DNA from: an uncultured Clostridia bacterium
GTDB taxonomy: Bacteria > Bacillota > Clostridia > Christensenellales > DTU072
NCBI GenBank assembly: GCA_934274515.1
Contig: CAKQTC010000003.1
Span: 1,948 to 65,947, forward strand
Direction: 5' to 3'
DNA: 64,000 nt
Made by a program: the position numbers and the translations under genes. This document shows, in pieces, positions 30,742-39,311 of this stretch. The first letter of the stretch is position 1. Each line of letters opens with the position of its first letter. The notes beneath the pieces were generated by a model. It saw nothing but the letters and a program-made list of their open reading frames with translations. It was not told the DNA's origin and did no database searches.

Positions 30742-30755
30742 CAAGCAGGTAGAGT

Positions 30756-33700
30756 ATGAAAAGAAAATTATTGATTATTTTAGGAGCCATACTTATAGCG
30801 TCGCTTGCGTTTACGATAGCGGCATGCTCGAAAAACGAATTAAAACACTCCGACATAGAGTCGATTGACGTGGACCCGGATTTGAGAAAAGAAGATTTTC
30901 TCGGGTTTCCGCTAGGGAAGTTCGATATTTCGCAAATTACGCTTGTCGTTCAAATGAAAGATACCGTGGACGAATCGGGCAATGCCGTTAAGGGAGAGAG
31001 CAAAACTATTCAAGCGAAAAACTATATGTTGATCGCGGCGGATAGGGAAAAATTAAAAACGTCTGGGAGAAAAGATATAACCTTGCGTTGTTACGGATTT
31101 GAAATAACTTTTCCGTTGACCCTTTACGATGAAATAAGCGAAAAGTATTCCGTTATTTTCTTCGACGAAGACGGCACGACCAAACTCGGCGCGACGCAAA
31201 GGGTACATGAAGGCGGCAGAGCGGAACAACCCGACGTTCCGGCAAAGGACGGCTTTACGTTTGTCGGTTGGATCGATATGGACTCGGGTAAAAGCGCGAT
31301 TTTCGACAATATCAGGAAAAACACGCGACTAAGAGCATACTACGAAAAAAACTCGATAGAAATTAATTACGTGTACAACGACGGAATTAACGACGTTTTG
31401 ATAGAAAAAAAGACGTTGCCGTCGAGCGAAAGAGGGGAAGACTACTATCCCGAGCCTCCGATAAGACAAGGCTATGAGTTTGCCGAATGGAAGAAGCGCG
31501 ACGACAATACGTTTTACGCCGAATACAAGCCTGTGCGATACAGCGTGAAGTTCGTTTACAGACCTTATACCGAAGGCAGATATACTGACGAAGGCGAATA
31601 CGATTTCAGCGGTAAATACAGCGATACGTTGGTTACTAAACTCGTATCGATAACCGATGCGGATAAAAAAATAGTAGCCCCCGACGATTATCTTCCGACC
31701 AACGCCGAAAGTAACGGAAAAAGCGACGCGGACGACTATCGTTTCGTTTACTGGTACGTTCTGCACGGAGAAAAGAAAATGCCCGTCGCGTTCCCGATGG
31801 AAGGGGAAAGGGCGTATGAAACGACTTTTTACGCGCATTATATCGATATGAACGTAGGGACGGAAGAACTGAAATACAAGAAAACAGGGGATACTTGTAT
31901 AATAAACAGGTATGACGGGAACGGAGGAGTAGTCGTTATACCCGAAAAAACCGTAATAGACGGAACGCTTTGTACGGTAAGCGGCATAAGCGACGGAGTG
32001 TTCAAGTCCTCGACGGTAACGGAATTCGTCGTAAGCGGTAAAAACAAGTATTTTGCGACAGCCGACGGCGCCCTTTATAATACGGATTACACCATATTGT
32101 ATGCGTATCCGTCCGGTTCGACGGCAACTGAAACTACGATTATGTCCGATACCGAAGAGATAAGCCCGTACGCTTTTTACGGAGCAAAAAATCTTGTGAC
32201 GGTTAATTTCAATGAAAAATTAAAGTCAATCAAGGACTACGCTTTCCGCAACTGCGTTTCGCTTGAAAGCGTGACAATACCCGCGCTTGTGGTGTCGATA
32301 AGCGAAGGTGCGTTCAAAATGGACGAATACAGCGCGTTGGAAACCTTTACTTTTTCGGGGACGGAGGTCGTTTCTCTGGGAGACGAGGCGTTGTACGGAC
32401 TGAATTCGCTTAAAGAATTCGTACTGCCCGCGTCGCTGACCTCGCTCGGAGACGGGACGTTTTACGGTTGTTCGTCGCTTAAACGCATTGACGCAACGAG
32501 AAACTCGAATTTTACGGAGTATAACGGTGCGCTTTACAGTTTCGATTTTCGTACGCTTTACGCGTATCCTGCGTTGTATAACGAAAATACAAACCCTGAA
32601 ATATCATTGCATAAAAACTGTAAAACCATTTCGCGCGGCGCGTTTTATTACGCCAACATAATTAGTATTGTGTTTAATTCCGAAGTTGAGCCTAGTACTT
32701 ACAGTATCGTTTGTCCGTCGCTTAAAAGCATAAGAATAGATTACGTCGGATACAAGTTTGTCAGAGAAACGTTTATGCAAGCCTTTGCCGAATTCGCACC
32801 CGATATTTTGTACGTAAAAGAAGGTAATCAGTCGTTTGCAAACGTTACGTTAGCAGATACGGAAATTCGTTTTTACGACGAATGGGACGGATATGACGAT
32901 TATTATAGCGGTTTTATATATACGCTTAACGAGGCAAAAAACGAAGTGATAATAAACGGTTATAACGGTTCGGAAATCAATCTGGCAATTCCGCGAATGA
33001 TAGATAACATCAGAGTTACGGAAATAGCGGATAACGCCTTTAACGGGAACGACGTAATAGAAACGGCGGAAATTCCGGTCGAAGTGAAAAAAATAGGGAT
33101 GACGGCGTTTGCTAACTGTAAGAAATTGCACACCGTGACCGTTACGGCAGGCAGCGGAAGTACGCTTTCGATAGGCGAAAGGGCGTTTTATGAGTGTTCG
33201 TCGTTGAAAACGTTTGAAATAAACGATGGAGTAACCGTATCTTATTGCGGAGAATACGCGTTTGACGGTACGCCGATAATCGAAAACGACGAAGAATATA
33301 CGATTATCGGCGGAGTTCTTCTTTCTTACAAAGGACACGATTTGTCGATTACCGTTCCTTCCGAAGTTGAATATATCGCCACGGACGCGTTCAAAGACTG
33401 CGGTTTTATTACGTCAGTAAGTTTCGGAGCGGGAAGTAATCTCAGAGTTATCGATAAATACGCGTTCCTTAACTGTTCAGGAATAAAACAAATTGTTATT
33501 CCGAGTTCGATTAAAGAAGTTAAAGACAACGCGTTTTACGGTTGCGACTATCTGTATTCCGTAAAGTATCTCACTACAAAAGAGAGCGTGGCGATAGGTG
33601 GCGACGCGTACTATCAAGCAGGCGGTTTCTACGGCGAAGGCATCTATGAAGAATTTTCCGATACTGTTAAAGGGAAAATATTGTATTACGTCGGAAATTC

Positions 33701-36700
33701 GAATACCGAAGTTACGGGAATAGCGTTTGTAGAACCGAATGTTCCCGAATTAGGCGCGACCGAACTATTCGTAGGTTGGTTCTACGACAGAGAATTTACG
33801 AAAAGAGTTAAGTTCCCGATGAGCGTGGAAAGCGGCAAAGAACAAAGCCTGTATGCGTGTATCAAAGAGAGTTCTTACATTTCCGACGGACTCGTGTATA
33901 CGAGAAACGAAGACGATACTTACACGATTACGGGATACGTGGGAAAGGACGATTACGTTGTTATCGGCAAAACGTATATGGGCGCGTCGGTGCGCGGTAT
34001 TGCAGAAAACGCTTTCGGAGAAAAAGTAGTCGAACTCAGAATACCCAACGAACTCAACTCGTCTACATCCGAATACGTTTCCGATATAATCACGATAGGG
34101 CTTAACGCCTTCGTAAAAACGCAATGGTATAAGAATATGTCCGGCGACTTTGTAATATACGATAACTTGCTCGTCGGATATAAAGGCGAATCCAAAATAG
34201 CAATAGTTCCCGACAACGTAACCGTGCTGGCTGCGGGCGTGTTTATGGATAATAAAAATCTTGAATACGTAGAATTACCCGACGGTGTTTCCATAATCCC
34301 CGAAAACACGTTTAACGGCTGTACGGAACTTAAAACAGTTGTTTTAGGAAGCCAAACAAGCGAAATAAGAGAAAAAGCATTTTACGGATGTAAGTCGCTG
34401 ACAGAAATTAACTTTGACCAAACGACCGCGCTCGGAATCATCGCACCCGACGCGCTTGACGGTACGGCGTGGATGTATGAATATGCGACGGATAGTATAA
34501 TCATAAACGAAATATTATACAAGTATAACGGGTCGGAAGAAACGTTGCACGTTCCGAACGGTGTTACCGGTATAGCAGAAAAAGCGTTTGAGAATAATTC
34601 TACTTTGGTAAATCTGTATTTACCGACGACTTTGACGATTATAAGAAGTTATGCGTTTAGCGGAGCAAAAGCGCTTAACGCGGTATATATCCCGACGGAA
34701 GATCCGCGCCTTGCGTACATAATGAACAACGCGTTTGCGGATTGTTATAATCTAAGGTCGATAAACCTGAACAGCGCAACCGCACTTACGGAAATCGGGG
34801 AAGCGGCGTTTGAGAACTGTTCGTCTTATAAATCGCTTGACATTCCGGCCGGTTTGTTATTCTTCGGCGAAGGCGCGTTTAGGAACTCCGGGGTTGAAAC
34901 GGTGACGGTAGCGAACGGGTCAAGACTCGGTCAGTTCAGTGACGAAGCGTTTGCAAATTGCAGACGGCTTAAATCGGTTAGATTTTCCGGTGAAAGCGCG
35001 CTCGGCAAAATAGGCAAAGCCGCGTTTAGGGACTGCACCGCTCTCGAAGAGTTTTATAACCCCCACGCACCGCTTTCGGTGTTCGACGATTATTCGTTGT
35101 ATAACTGTCAAAGTCTTTCTAAAGTCACGATAAACGAAGAAAACGTGACGGCGATAGGGAAGGACGCGGTGTATAAACTCGGCTTTATCTCGGCGCAAAA
35201 CAAGAATATGATTTTGTTGGGAAACATACTTATTTCGTATAGCGGTACGGAAAAGAAGATAGAGATACCCGACAACATTACGCTTATTTACGATTCTGCG
35301 TTTGAGGGAAATACAAACGTTATCGAAGTAAGTTTCGGCAACGACAGTATGCTTAAAAAAGTAAACGACAGAGCGTTTTACGGCTGTACGAACCTTGCGA
35401 AAATAAACTTCCCCGTGCGGTTGGAAACGGTCGGATATAAGGTTGCGGACGGAACGAAGTGGTATTCTGAAAAACTTAACTCTCTTGAATACGTCACGAT
35501 AAACAACACGCTTGTCAAATACAACGTAAGTTATACCAAACAGGCGGAAGTTCCCGATTTCGTCACGAAGATAATTCGCGGAGCGTTTGACGGAGCGTCG
35601 GTTTACGATATAAAAATCGGACCTAACGTTACGGAAATATCCGATGGCGCGTTTGACGGCATAGTTCCCGTAGAATGGGTAGAAAACGAACAAACTCGTT
35701 CCGGATGGACGTTGACCATTGAAAGCGACGAGCCTGCGCAATTAGGGTATACGTACGCGTTTGAAAACTGTGTAGCGGTCTACGTTTCCGAAAGCGAAAC
35801 GCGCGACAGGTTTATTCTTAACGATGAATGGCGCGAACAGAGAGATTTGATAAAAGTTATCGATAGGTTTGCTATTACTTATAAAATAAACAAAGAAGAA
35901 GCGGTGCAAATAGACGACGAAACGATACATGCGTTGTATAGCGCGAAAGACGTCGTAACGCAAAGCACGGCGAAGAAACAATACGTTTTCGTCGGTTGGT
36001 TCTTGGACGAAAAATATGAAAAAGCGATTACTTATCCGTTTATATTGACGGAAGACACGCGAGTATTCGCAAAATGCGTAGATTATGACATAGGAAGCAA
36101 TCCCGACAAGTATTTGCTCGAAACTGACGAAAACAGCAAATCCGATTACACGATTAAACGTTATTTGGATACAACCGACAAGAAAGTCGTTATTATAACC
36201 GAGCAGGCAGGAAGGAAAATTTATTCGATAAGCGGTTATTTCGGATATGTTCCTTACGATAAATCCGGGACGGAGTACGAAAGGTATGTGTTTAACTCGG
36301 AAAGTAACGTGTTTGAAAAATACAATCCGTTTGAAACATACCCCGAAGGGACGGAAGTTTACAGAAGAAATACGGTTATCGAAGAGATTGACTTTGCTAA
36401 CAACTGTACGATAGAAGTTCTCGGGTCAAACTGTTTCGCAGGATTGACGGGACTTACGAAAATCAAACTTCCTTCGAGCGTAAAACGTATCGCGTCCGAC
36501 GCGTTTGCCGACTGCGTAAGCCTTAGAGAAATTGAATTTTCCGACGGAATAGAAAATCTTACGATAGAAAGCGGAGCGTTCCGCAACTGCACGTCGTTAC
36601 AAACGATTAAGATACCGTCGGGAGTGACCACGCTCGAAGATAAAGCGTTCGACCAATGCTATGCGTTAAAAGATGTGTATTTGCTTTCGGAGATACCGAT

Positions 36701-36854
36701 AACGCTTTATCAAGACGCGCAACCGTTTGAATTTAACAACGGACTGAAAATTTACGTGCCTTACGGCAAAAAATCGGTGTACGGTTCTTCGTGGAAAGAT
36801 TACGCGGACTTTATAGAAGAAAGCGGAAAGCCAAGTAAATCCGACGAAGAATAA
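30756..36854 (+). CDS. giant BspA-type leucine-rich-repeat surface lipoprotein (2,032 aa), paralog of the upstream gene
   Basis: Lipobox LAFTIAAC. Same domain order as the upstream gene: N-domain, YSVIFFDEDGT..FTFVGW repeats, then long arrays of AFxxCxxL LRR units. Only 14 nt from the upstream stop. Confidence 0.85.
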   Translation: MKRKLLIILGAILIASLAFTIAACSKNELKHSDIESIDVDPDLRKEDFLGFPLGKFDISQITLVVQMKDTVDESGNAVKGESKTIQAKNYMLIAADREKLKTSGRKDITLRCYGFEITFPLTLYDEISEKYSVIFFDEDGTTKLGATQRVHEGGRAEQPDVPAKDGFTFVGWIDMDSGKSAIFDNIRKNTRLRAYYEKNSIEINYVYNDGINDVLIEKKTLPSSERGEDYYPEPPIRQGYEFAEWKKRDDNTFYAEYKPVRYSVKFVYRPYTEGRYTDEGEYDFSGKYSDTLVTKLVSITDADKKIVAPDDYLPTNAESNGKSDADDYRFVYWYVLHGEKKMPVAFPMEGERAYETTFYAHYIDMNVGTEELKYKKTGDTCIINRYDGNGGVVVIPEKTVIDGTLCTVSGISDGVFKSSTVTEFVVSGKNKYFATADGALYNTDYTILYAYPSGSTATETTIMSDTEEISPYAFYGAKNLVTVNFNEKLKSIKDYAFRNCVSLESVTIPALVVSISEGAFKMDEYSALETFTFSGTEVVSLGDEALYGLNSLKEFVLPASLTSLGDGTFYGCSSLKRIDATRNSNFTEYNGALYSFDFRTLYAYPALYNENTNPEISLHKNCKTISRGAFYYANIISIVFNSEVEPSTYSIVCPSLKSIRIDYVGYKFVRETFMQAFAEFAPDILYVKEGNQSFANVTLADTEIRFYDEWDGYDDYYSGFIYTLNEAKNEVIINGYNGSEINLAIPRMIDNIRVTEIADNAFNGNDVIETAEIPVEVKKIGMTAFANCKKLHTVTVTAGSGSTLSIGERAFYECSSLKTFEINDGVTVSYCGEYAFDGTPIIENDEEYTIIGGVLLSYKGHDLSITVPSEVEYIATDAFKDCGFITSVSFGAGSNLRVIDKYAFLNCSGIKQIVIPSSIKEVKDNAFYGCDYLYSVKYLTTKESVAIGGDAYYQAGGFYGEGIYEEFSDTVKGKILYYVGNSNTEVTGIAFVEPNVPELGATELFVGWFYDREFTKRVKFPMSVESGKEQSLYACIKESSYISDGLVYTRNEDDTYTITGYVGKDDYVVIGKTYMGASVRGIAENAFGEKVVELRIPNELNSSTSEYVSDIITIGLNAFVKTQWYKNMSGDFVIYDNLLVGYKGESKIAIVPDNVTVLAAGVFMDNKNLEYVELPDGVSIIPENTFNGCTELKTVVLGSQTSEIREKAFYGCKSLTEINFDQTTALGIIAPDALDGTAWMYEYATDSIIINEILYKYNGSEETLHVPNGVTGIAEKAFENNSTLVNLYLPTTLTIIRSYAFSGAKALNAVYIPTEDPRLAYIMNNAFADCYNLRSINLNSATALTEIGEAAFENCSSYKSLDIPAGLLFFGEGAFRNSGVETVTVANGSRLGQFSDEAFANCRRLKSVRFSGESALGKIGKAAFRDCTALEEFYNPHAPLSVFDDYSLYNCQSLSKVTINEENVTAIGKDAVYKLGFISAQNKNMILLGNILISYSGTEKKIEIPDNITLIYDSAFEGNTNVIEVSFGNDSMLKKVNDRAFYGCTNLAKINFPVRLETVGYKVADGTKWYSEKLNSLEYVTINNTLVKYNVSYTKQAEVPDFVTKIIRGAFDGASVYDIKIGPNVTEISDGAFDGIVPVEWVENEQTRSGWTLTIESDEPAQLGYTYAFENCVAVYVSESETRDRFILNDEWREQRDLIKVIDRFAITYKINKEEAVQIDDETIHALYSAKDVVTQSTAKKQYVFVGWFLDEKYEKAITYPFILTEDTRVFAKCVDYDIGSNPDKYLLETDENSKSDYTIKRYLDTTDKKVVIITEQAGRKIYSISGYFGYVPYDKSGTEYERYVFNSESNVFEKYNPFETYPEGTEVYRRNTVIEEIDFANNCTIEVLGSNCFAGLTGLTKIKLPSSVKRIASDAFADCVSLREIEFSDGIENLTIESGAFRNCTSLQTIKIPSGVTTLEDKAFDQCYALKDVYLLSEIPITLYQDAQPFEFNNGLKIYVPYGKKSVYGSSWKDYADFIEESGKPSKSDEE

Positions 36855-36869
36855 TAAGGAGAGAACAAA

Positions 36870-38021
36870 ATGAACAATTACAAATGGACGGGCGGCGCGC
36901 CTAGCGTGGACGTTGCGGAAAACAAAGAAAGAAACGTATTAAAAAACGTTTTTATGCGCGTAATGCAAGTGCAGGGATTTGAAGAAGTCAATTTGCCTAC
37001 GCTCGATTATTCGGAGAAATACATTCTCAACAACGAGTATTACGAGGCGCAAAACCACTTCAAGGCGATTGCTCCCAATGGCGAAGTACTCGCAATGTCC
37101 GACGACTTGATAGCGGGACTTATCTCGTTATCGATTAACGGAATAGAGCCTAAGGGAAGATTGTGTTCGTTCGGAGAAGAAAAGAATTTTCTCGCGACCA
37201 CTTCGGAAAAAGCGACGGAATACCGTTTCGGCGGAATAATATACGGAGCAAGCGGCATCGAAGAAGAATGCGACGCAATACTTGTCGGGATTGATTTTGC
37301 AAAGGAATTAGGAATTACCGCGCCGAAAGTAACGCTGAGCAATATAAACGCATTCAAAGGCGTGCTTAACGTGTATGCAAAACGAGAAGAAAAACTAGAA
37401 CGACTTAAAAATATTTTGTCGGGAAGAATAGAAAACGACGTGGATTATGCGGTTTCACAAACGCTTGCACCGTTTAAGAACGTTGAAGGCGGAGCGGAAA
37501 CAGTGAAAGAACTCGCCGCAAAAATCGACAATAAACAAAGCATAGACGGTCTGCTTGACGTGTTTGAAATATGTAATTTGCTTAACGCGTACGGAGCGGG
37601 AACCAACATCGTGATTAAGCCCGGGTATCTCGGACGGTATCGGCACGATTCGGGAATGGTTTTCACTGTCGAAGACGAAAAAGGCAGAGTGGTCGCGTAT
37701 GGCGGAAGATGCGACTGTAAGAAAGGAAACGATGAAATCGGGTGCTTGTATGTGGTAGGGGAAACGGACAATGCGCTTTCCGTAGCGAAAGAGAACGACG
37801 TGTTTGGAAAACAGGCGGCAAGAACCGTTACGATAGCCGTCGCGCCAGTCGGAAAAGCCCTTGAAAAAGCATATAAAGTAAGACAGGATTTTGCACGGGA
37901 AGAACTGTTTTCGCATATGATATACGGAATGGAGAAAAAAGACGCGTACGCCCTTATGGGGAAAAAGAGCGCGGGAATGACGATATATATAGACGAGAAC
38001 GGGAACATACTCCATAGTTAA
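36870..38021 (+). CDS. class II aaRS-like HisRS paralog (HisZ-like, probably non-catalytic)
   Basis: 383 aa. HisZ/HisRS-like layout: QGFEEVNLPTLDYSEKY, FKAIAPNGEVLAMSDDL, EYRFGGIIYG in place of motif 2, YGGRCDC in place of GGGRY, and a C-terminal anticodon-binding-like domain. AGGAG RBS, 15 nt after the giant gene. Confidence 0.55.
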   Translation: MNNYKWTGGAPSVDVAENKERNVLKNVFMRVMQVQGFEEVNLPTLDYSEKYILNNEYYEAQNHFKAIAPNGEVLAMSDDLIAGLISLSINGIEPKGRLCSFGEEKNFLATTSEKATEYRFGGIIYGASGIEEECDAILVGIDFAKELGITAPKVTLSNINAFKGVLNVYAKREEKLERLKNILSGRIENDVDYAVSQTLAPFKNVEGGAETVKELAAKIDNKQSIDGLLDVFEICNLLNAYGAGTNIVIKPGYLGRYRHDSGMVFTVEDEKGRVVAYGGRCDCKKGNDEIGCLYVVGETDNALSVAKENDVFGKQAARTVTIAVAPVGKALEKAYKVRQDFAREELFSHMIYGMEKKDAYALMGKKSAGMTIYIDENGNILHS

Positions 38022-38050
38022 AAAAAATAAAAAAAACTTATCGCAAACGC

Positions 38051-38079
38051 TTGCATTATAATCCGTAATTTGGTATTAT
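38051..38079 (+). promoter_or_regulatory. SigA-type promoter TTGCAT-17-TATTAT for the tRNA cluster
   Basis: ttgcat at 38051-38056, a 17-nt spacer, then tattat at 38074-38079. Confidence 0.5.
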
Positions 38080-38127
38080 ATACAGGCAAACAGGTTAAGC
38101 CTAGTTGGCGGTATCACAGATAAACGT

Positions 38128-38202
38128 GCGGGAGTGGCTCAGTGGTAGAGCGTTGCCTTGCCAAGGCAAATGTCGCGGGTCCGAATCCCGTCTCCCGCTC
38201 CA
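38128..38202 (+). tRNA. tRNA-Gly (anticodon GCC), CCA encoded
   Basis: Folded by hand. Acceptor gcgggag/ctcccgc, anticodon stem ttgcc/ggcaa with loop ttGCCaa, T-arm gcggg-tccgaat-cccgt. Confidence 0.92.
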
Positions 38203-38225
38203 GTTTATCGGGACAAAGGACGTAA

Positions 38226-38299
38226 GGCACCATAGCCAAGTGGTAAGGCAGAGGTCTGCAACACCTTCATCTCCAGTCCGAATCTGGATGGTGCCTCCA
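38226..38299 (+). tRNA. tRNA-Cys (anticodon GCA), CCA encoded
   Basis: Acceptor ggcacca/tggtgcc, anticodon loop ctGCAac, T-arm tccag-tccgaat-ctgga. Confidence 0.92.
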
Positions 38300-38306
38300 A
38301 CAATCT

Positions 38307-38393
38307 GCCGTTGTGGCGGAACAGGCAGACGCAAGGGACTTAAAATCCCTCGGTGGCAACATCGTACCGGTTCGACCCCGGTCAACGGCACCA
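38307..38393 (+). tRNA. tRNA-Leu (anticodon TAA), long variable arm, CCA encoded
   Basis: Acceptor gccgttg/caacggc, anticodon stem aggga/tccct with loop ctTAAaa, long variable arm, T-arm accgg-ttcgacc-ccggt. Confidence 0.92.
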
Positions 38394-38408
38394 GATTGTA
38401 AAGAGCAT

Positions 38409-38432
38409 AGAAACCGTAAGGTTTCTTTTTTT
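38409..38432 (+). terminator. intrinsic terminator after the tRNA cluster
   Basis: agaaacc-gtaa-ggtttct followed by tttttt. Confidence 0.75.
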
Positions 38433-38528
38433 ATATATGAAAAAACGCAAAAAAGAAGCGAAAAACGATTATTGCAACTTTTTGCGTATAACGTATTTAT
38501 TGCAAAGCATTAAAACGGAACCACAAAT

Positions 38529-38747
38529 TCACATATATGAATCTTTTAAGCCTAAAAGATAATCGGCAGAAATATTAAAAGCACTAGCAATTTTTTTTAA
38601 CATATCATAGCCCGGTTTCGCTTTCCCTTTTAACCACTCGCTTACTTGACTTTGTTTTATGTCAACGACATTCGCAAAAGCCGTTTGAGTAAGTCCTTTT
38701 TGCAACATAAAATCTAAAAGAATATCCTTAAATTCATATTCGAGCAT
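38529..38747 (-). CDS. XRE-family helix-turn-helix transcriptional regulator (72 aa, HTH only)
   Basis: GLTQTAFANVVDIKQSQVSEWLKGKAKPGYDMLKKIASAFNISADYLLG is a canonical Cro/C1-type HTH. Confidence 0.85.
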   Translation of the reverse strand: MLEYEFKDILLDFMLQKGLTQTAFANVVDIKQSQVSEWLKGKAKPGYDMLKKIASAFNISADYLLGLKDSYM

Positions 38748-38759
38748 ACATATTATGAA

Positions 38760-38773
38760 ATAGAAAATTCTAT
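38760..38773. promoter_or_regulatory. operator-like palindrome ATAGAA-N2-TTCTAT (copy 1)
   Basis: atagaaaattctat, 13 nt upstream of the XRE start codon. Confidence 0.5.
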
Positions 38774-38781
38774 ATTAACGC

Positions 38782-38810
38782 TTGACATATAGAATATTCT
38801 ATACTAATAT
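38782..38810 (+). promoter_or_regulatory. SigA-type promoter TTGACA-17-TAATAT driving the small plus-strand operon
   Basis: ttgaca at 38782-38787, a 17-nt spacer, then taatat at 38805-38810. The spacer is filled by palindrome copy 2. Confidence 0.6.
38789..38802. promoter_or_regulatory. operator-like palindrome ATAGAA-N2-TTCTAT (copy 2)
   Basis: atagaatattctat, inside the -35/-10 spacer of the plus-strand promoter. Confidence 0.5.
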
Positions 38811-38843
38811 AAAATTAAAAATAATATAATTTTAAGGTGGAAT

Positions 38844-38999
38844 ATGTCGAAAAAAGCATTTTATTTGGTAGTTTTAGTATTAGTTTTGGTTGCCGTACTT
38901 TTCGGTTGCAATCAAAATGCAAATACCGATAATCCCAATGAAAATAAGTACGATCTTATTGCTATTGCGGGCATTTATAAGTTAAGAGAAGGAGAGTAA
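38844..38999 (+). CDS. small putative lipoprotein (51 aa; below the ORF-track size cutoff)
   Basis: AAGGTGG RBS, then the ATG at 38844. MSKKAFYLVVLVLVLVAVLFGC has a lipobox. Its last codons carry the GGAGAG RBS of the next gene, which suggests translational coupling. Confidence 0.5.
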   Translation: MSKKAFYLVVLVLVLVAVLFGCNQNANTDNPNENKYDLIAIAGIYKLREGE

Positions 39000-39003
39000 A
39001 AAA

Positions 39004-39306
39004 ATGAATCCAAGAGAAGTATTATGGCCGAAGTCACGGATAGGAAACGGAAGTCTGAACGTTGTATACGGAGATTCCGAAGATGCGGTTTTCAGTATTG
39101 CGATAATGCAATGGGAAGGTGTCCCTAGAGTTGGACTAAGATGGAATAATTGCGGAAAACAAGGCAAAGGGTATCCTGTCGGAGCGTTCGGGCGTCCGCA
39201 ATGGTTTATAATTCCGAAAGAAATGGCGCTAGCGTACGCAAAGCAACTTAACGACGTCATAATCATCGAAAAAATCAAAGCGACAAGCGATGATCCGCTC
39301 GTATAG
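39004..39306 (+). CDS. hypothetical 100-aa cytoplasmic protein, family not recognised
   Basis: Good RBS and no signal peptide. Trp/Gly-rich core GLRWNNCGKQGKGYPVGAFGRPQWFIIPKE. I cannot assign a family from memory. Confidence 0.6.
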   Translation: MNPREVLWPKSRIGNGSLNVVYGDSEDAVFSIAIMQWEGVPRVGLRWNNCGKQGKGYPVGAFGRPQWFIIPKEMALAYAKQLNDVIIIEKIKATSDDPLV

Positions 39307-39311
39307 CGTTC

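Noticed and set aside
30738-30743. TTGACA hexamer spanning the stop of the first giant gene as an internal promoter for the second
   Set aside because: No acceptable -10 element lies 16-19 nt downstream. The ATG of the next gene is only 13 nt away.
22852-36854. Possible CRISPR-like or other non-coding periodic DNA in the highly repetitive 14-kb stretch
   Set aside because: The periodicity is the ~70-nt LRR coding unit inside two intact long ORFs. The repeats are degenerate at DNA level, and there is no repeat-spacer structure or cas gene.
37445-38015. Two overlapping ~186-aa minus-strand ORFs opposite the HisZ-like gene
   Set aside because: They overlap each other in different frames and lie antisense to a gene with a good RBS and HisRS-family similarity.
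38101-38562. ORFs of 96, 98, 66 and 69 aa overlapping the tRNA cluster
   Set aside because: The region folds into three canonical tRNAs (Gly-GCC, Cys-GCA, Leu-TAA) followed by a terminator. The ORFs are read-through artefacts.
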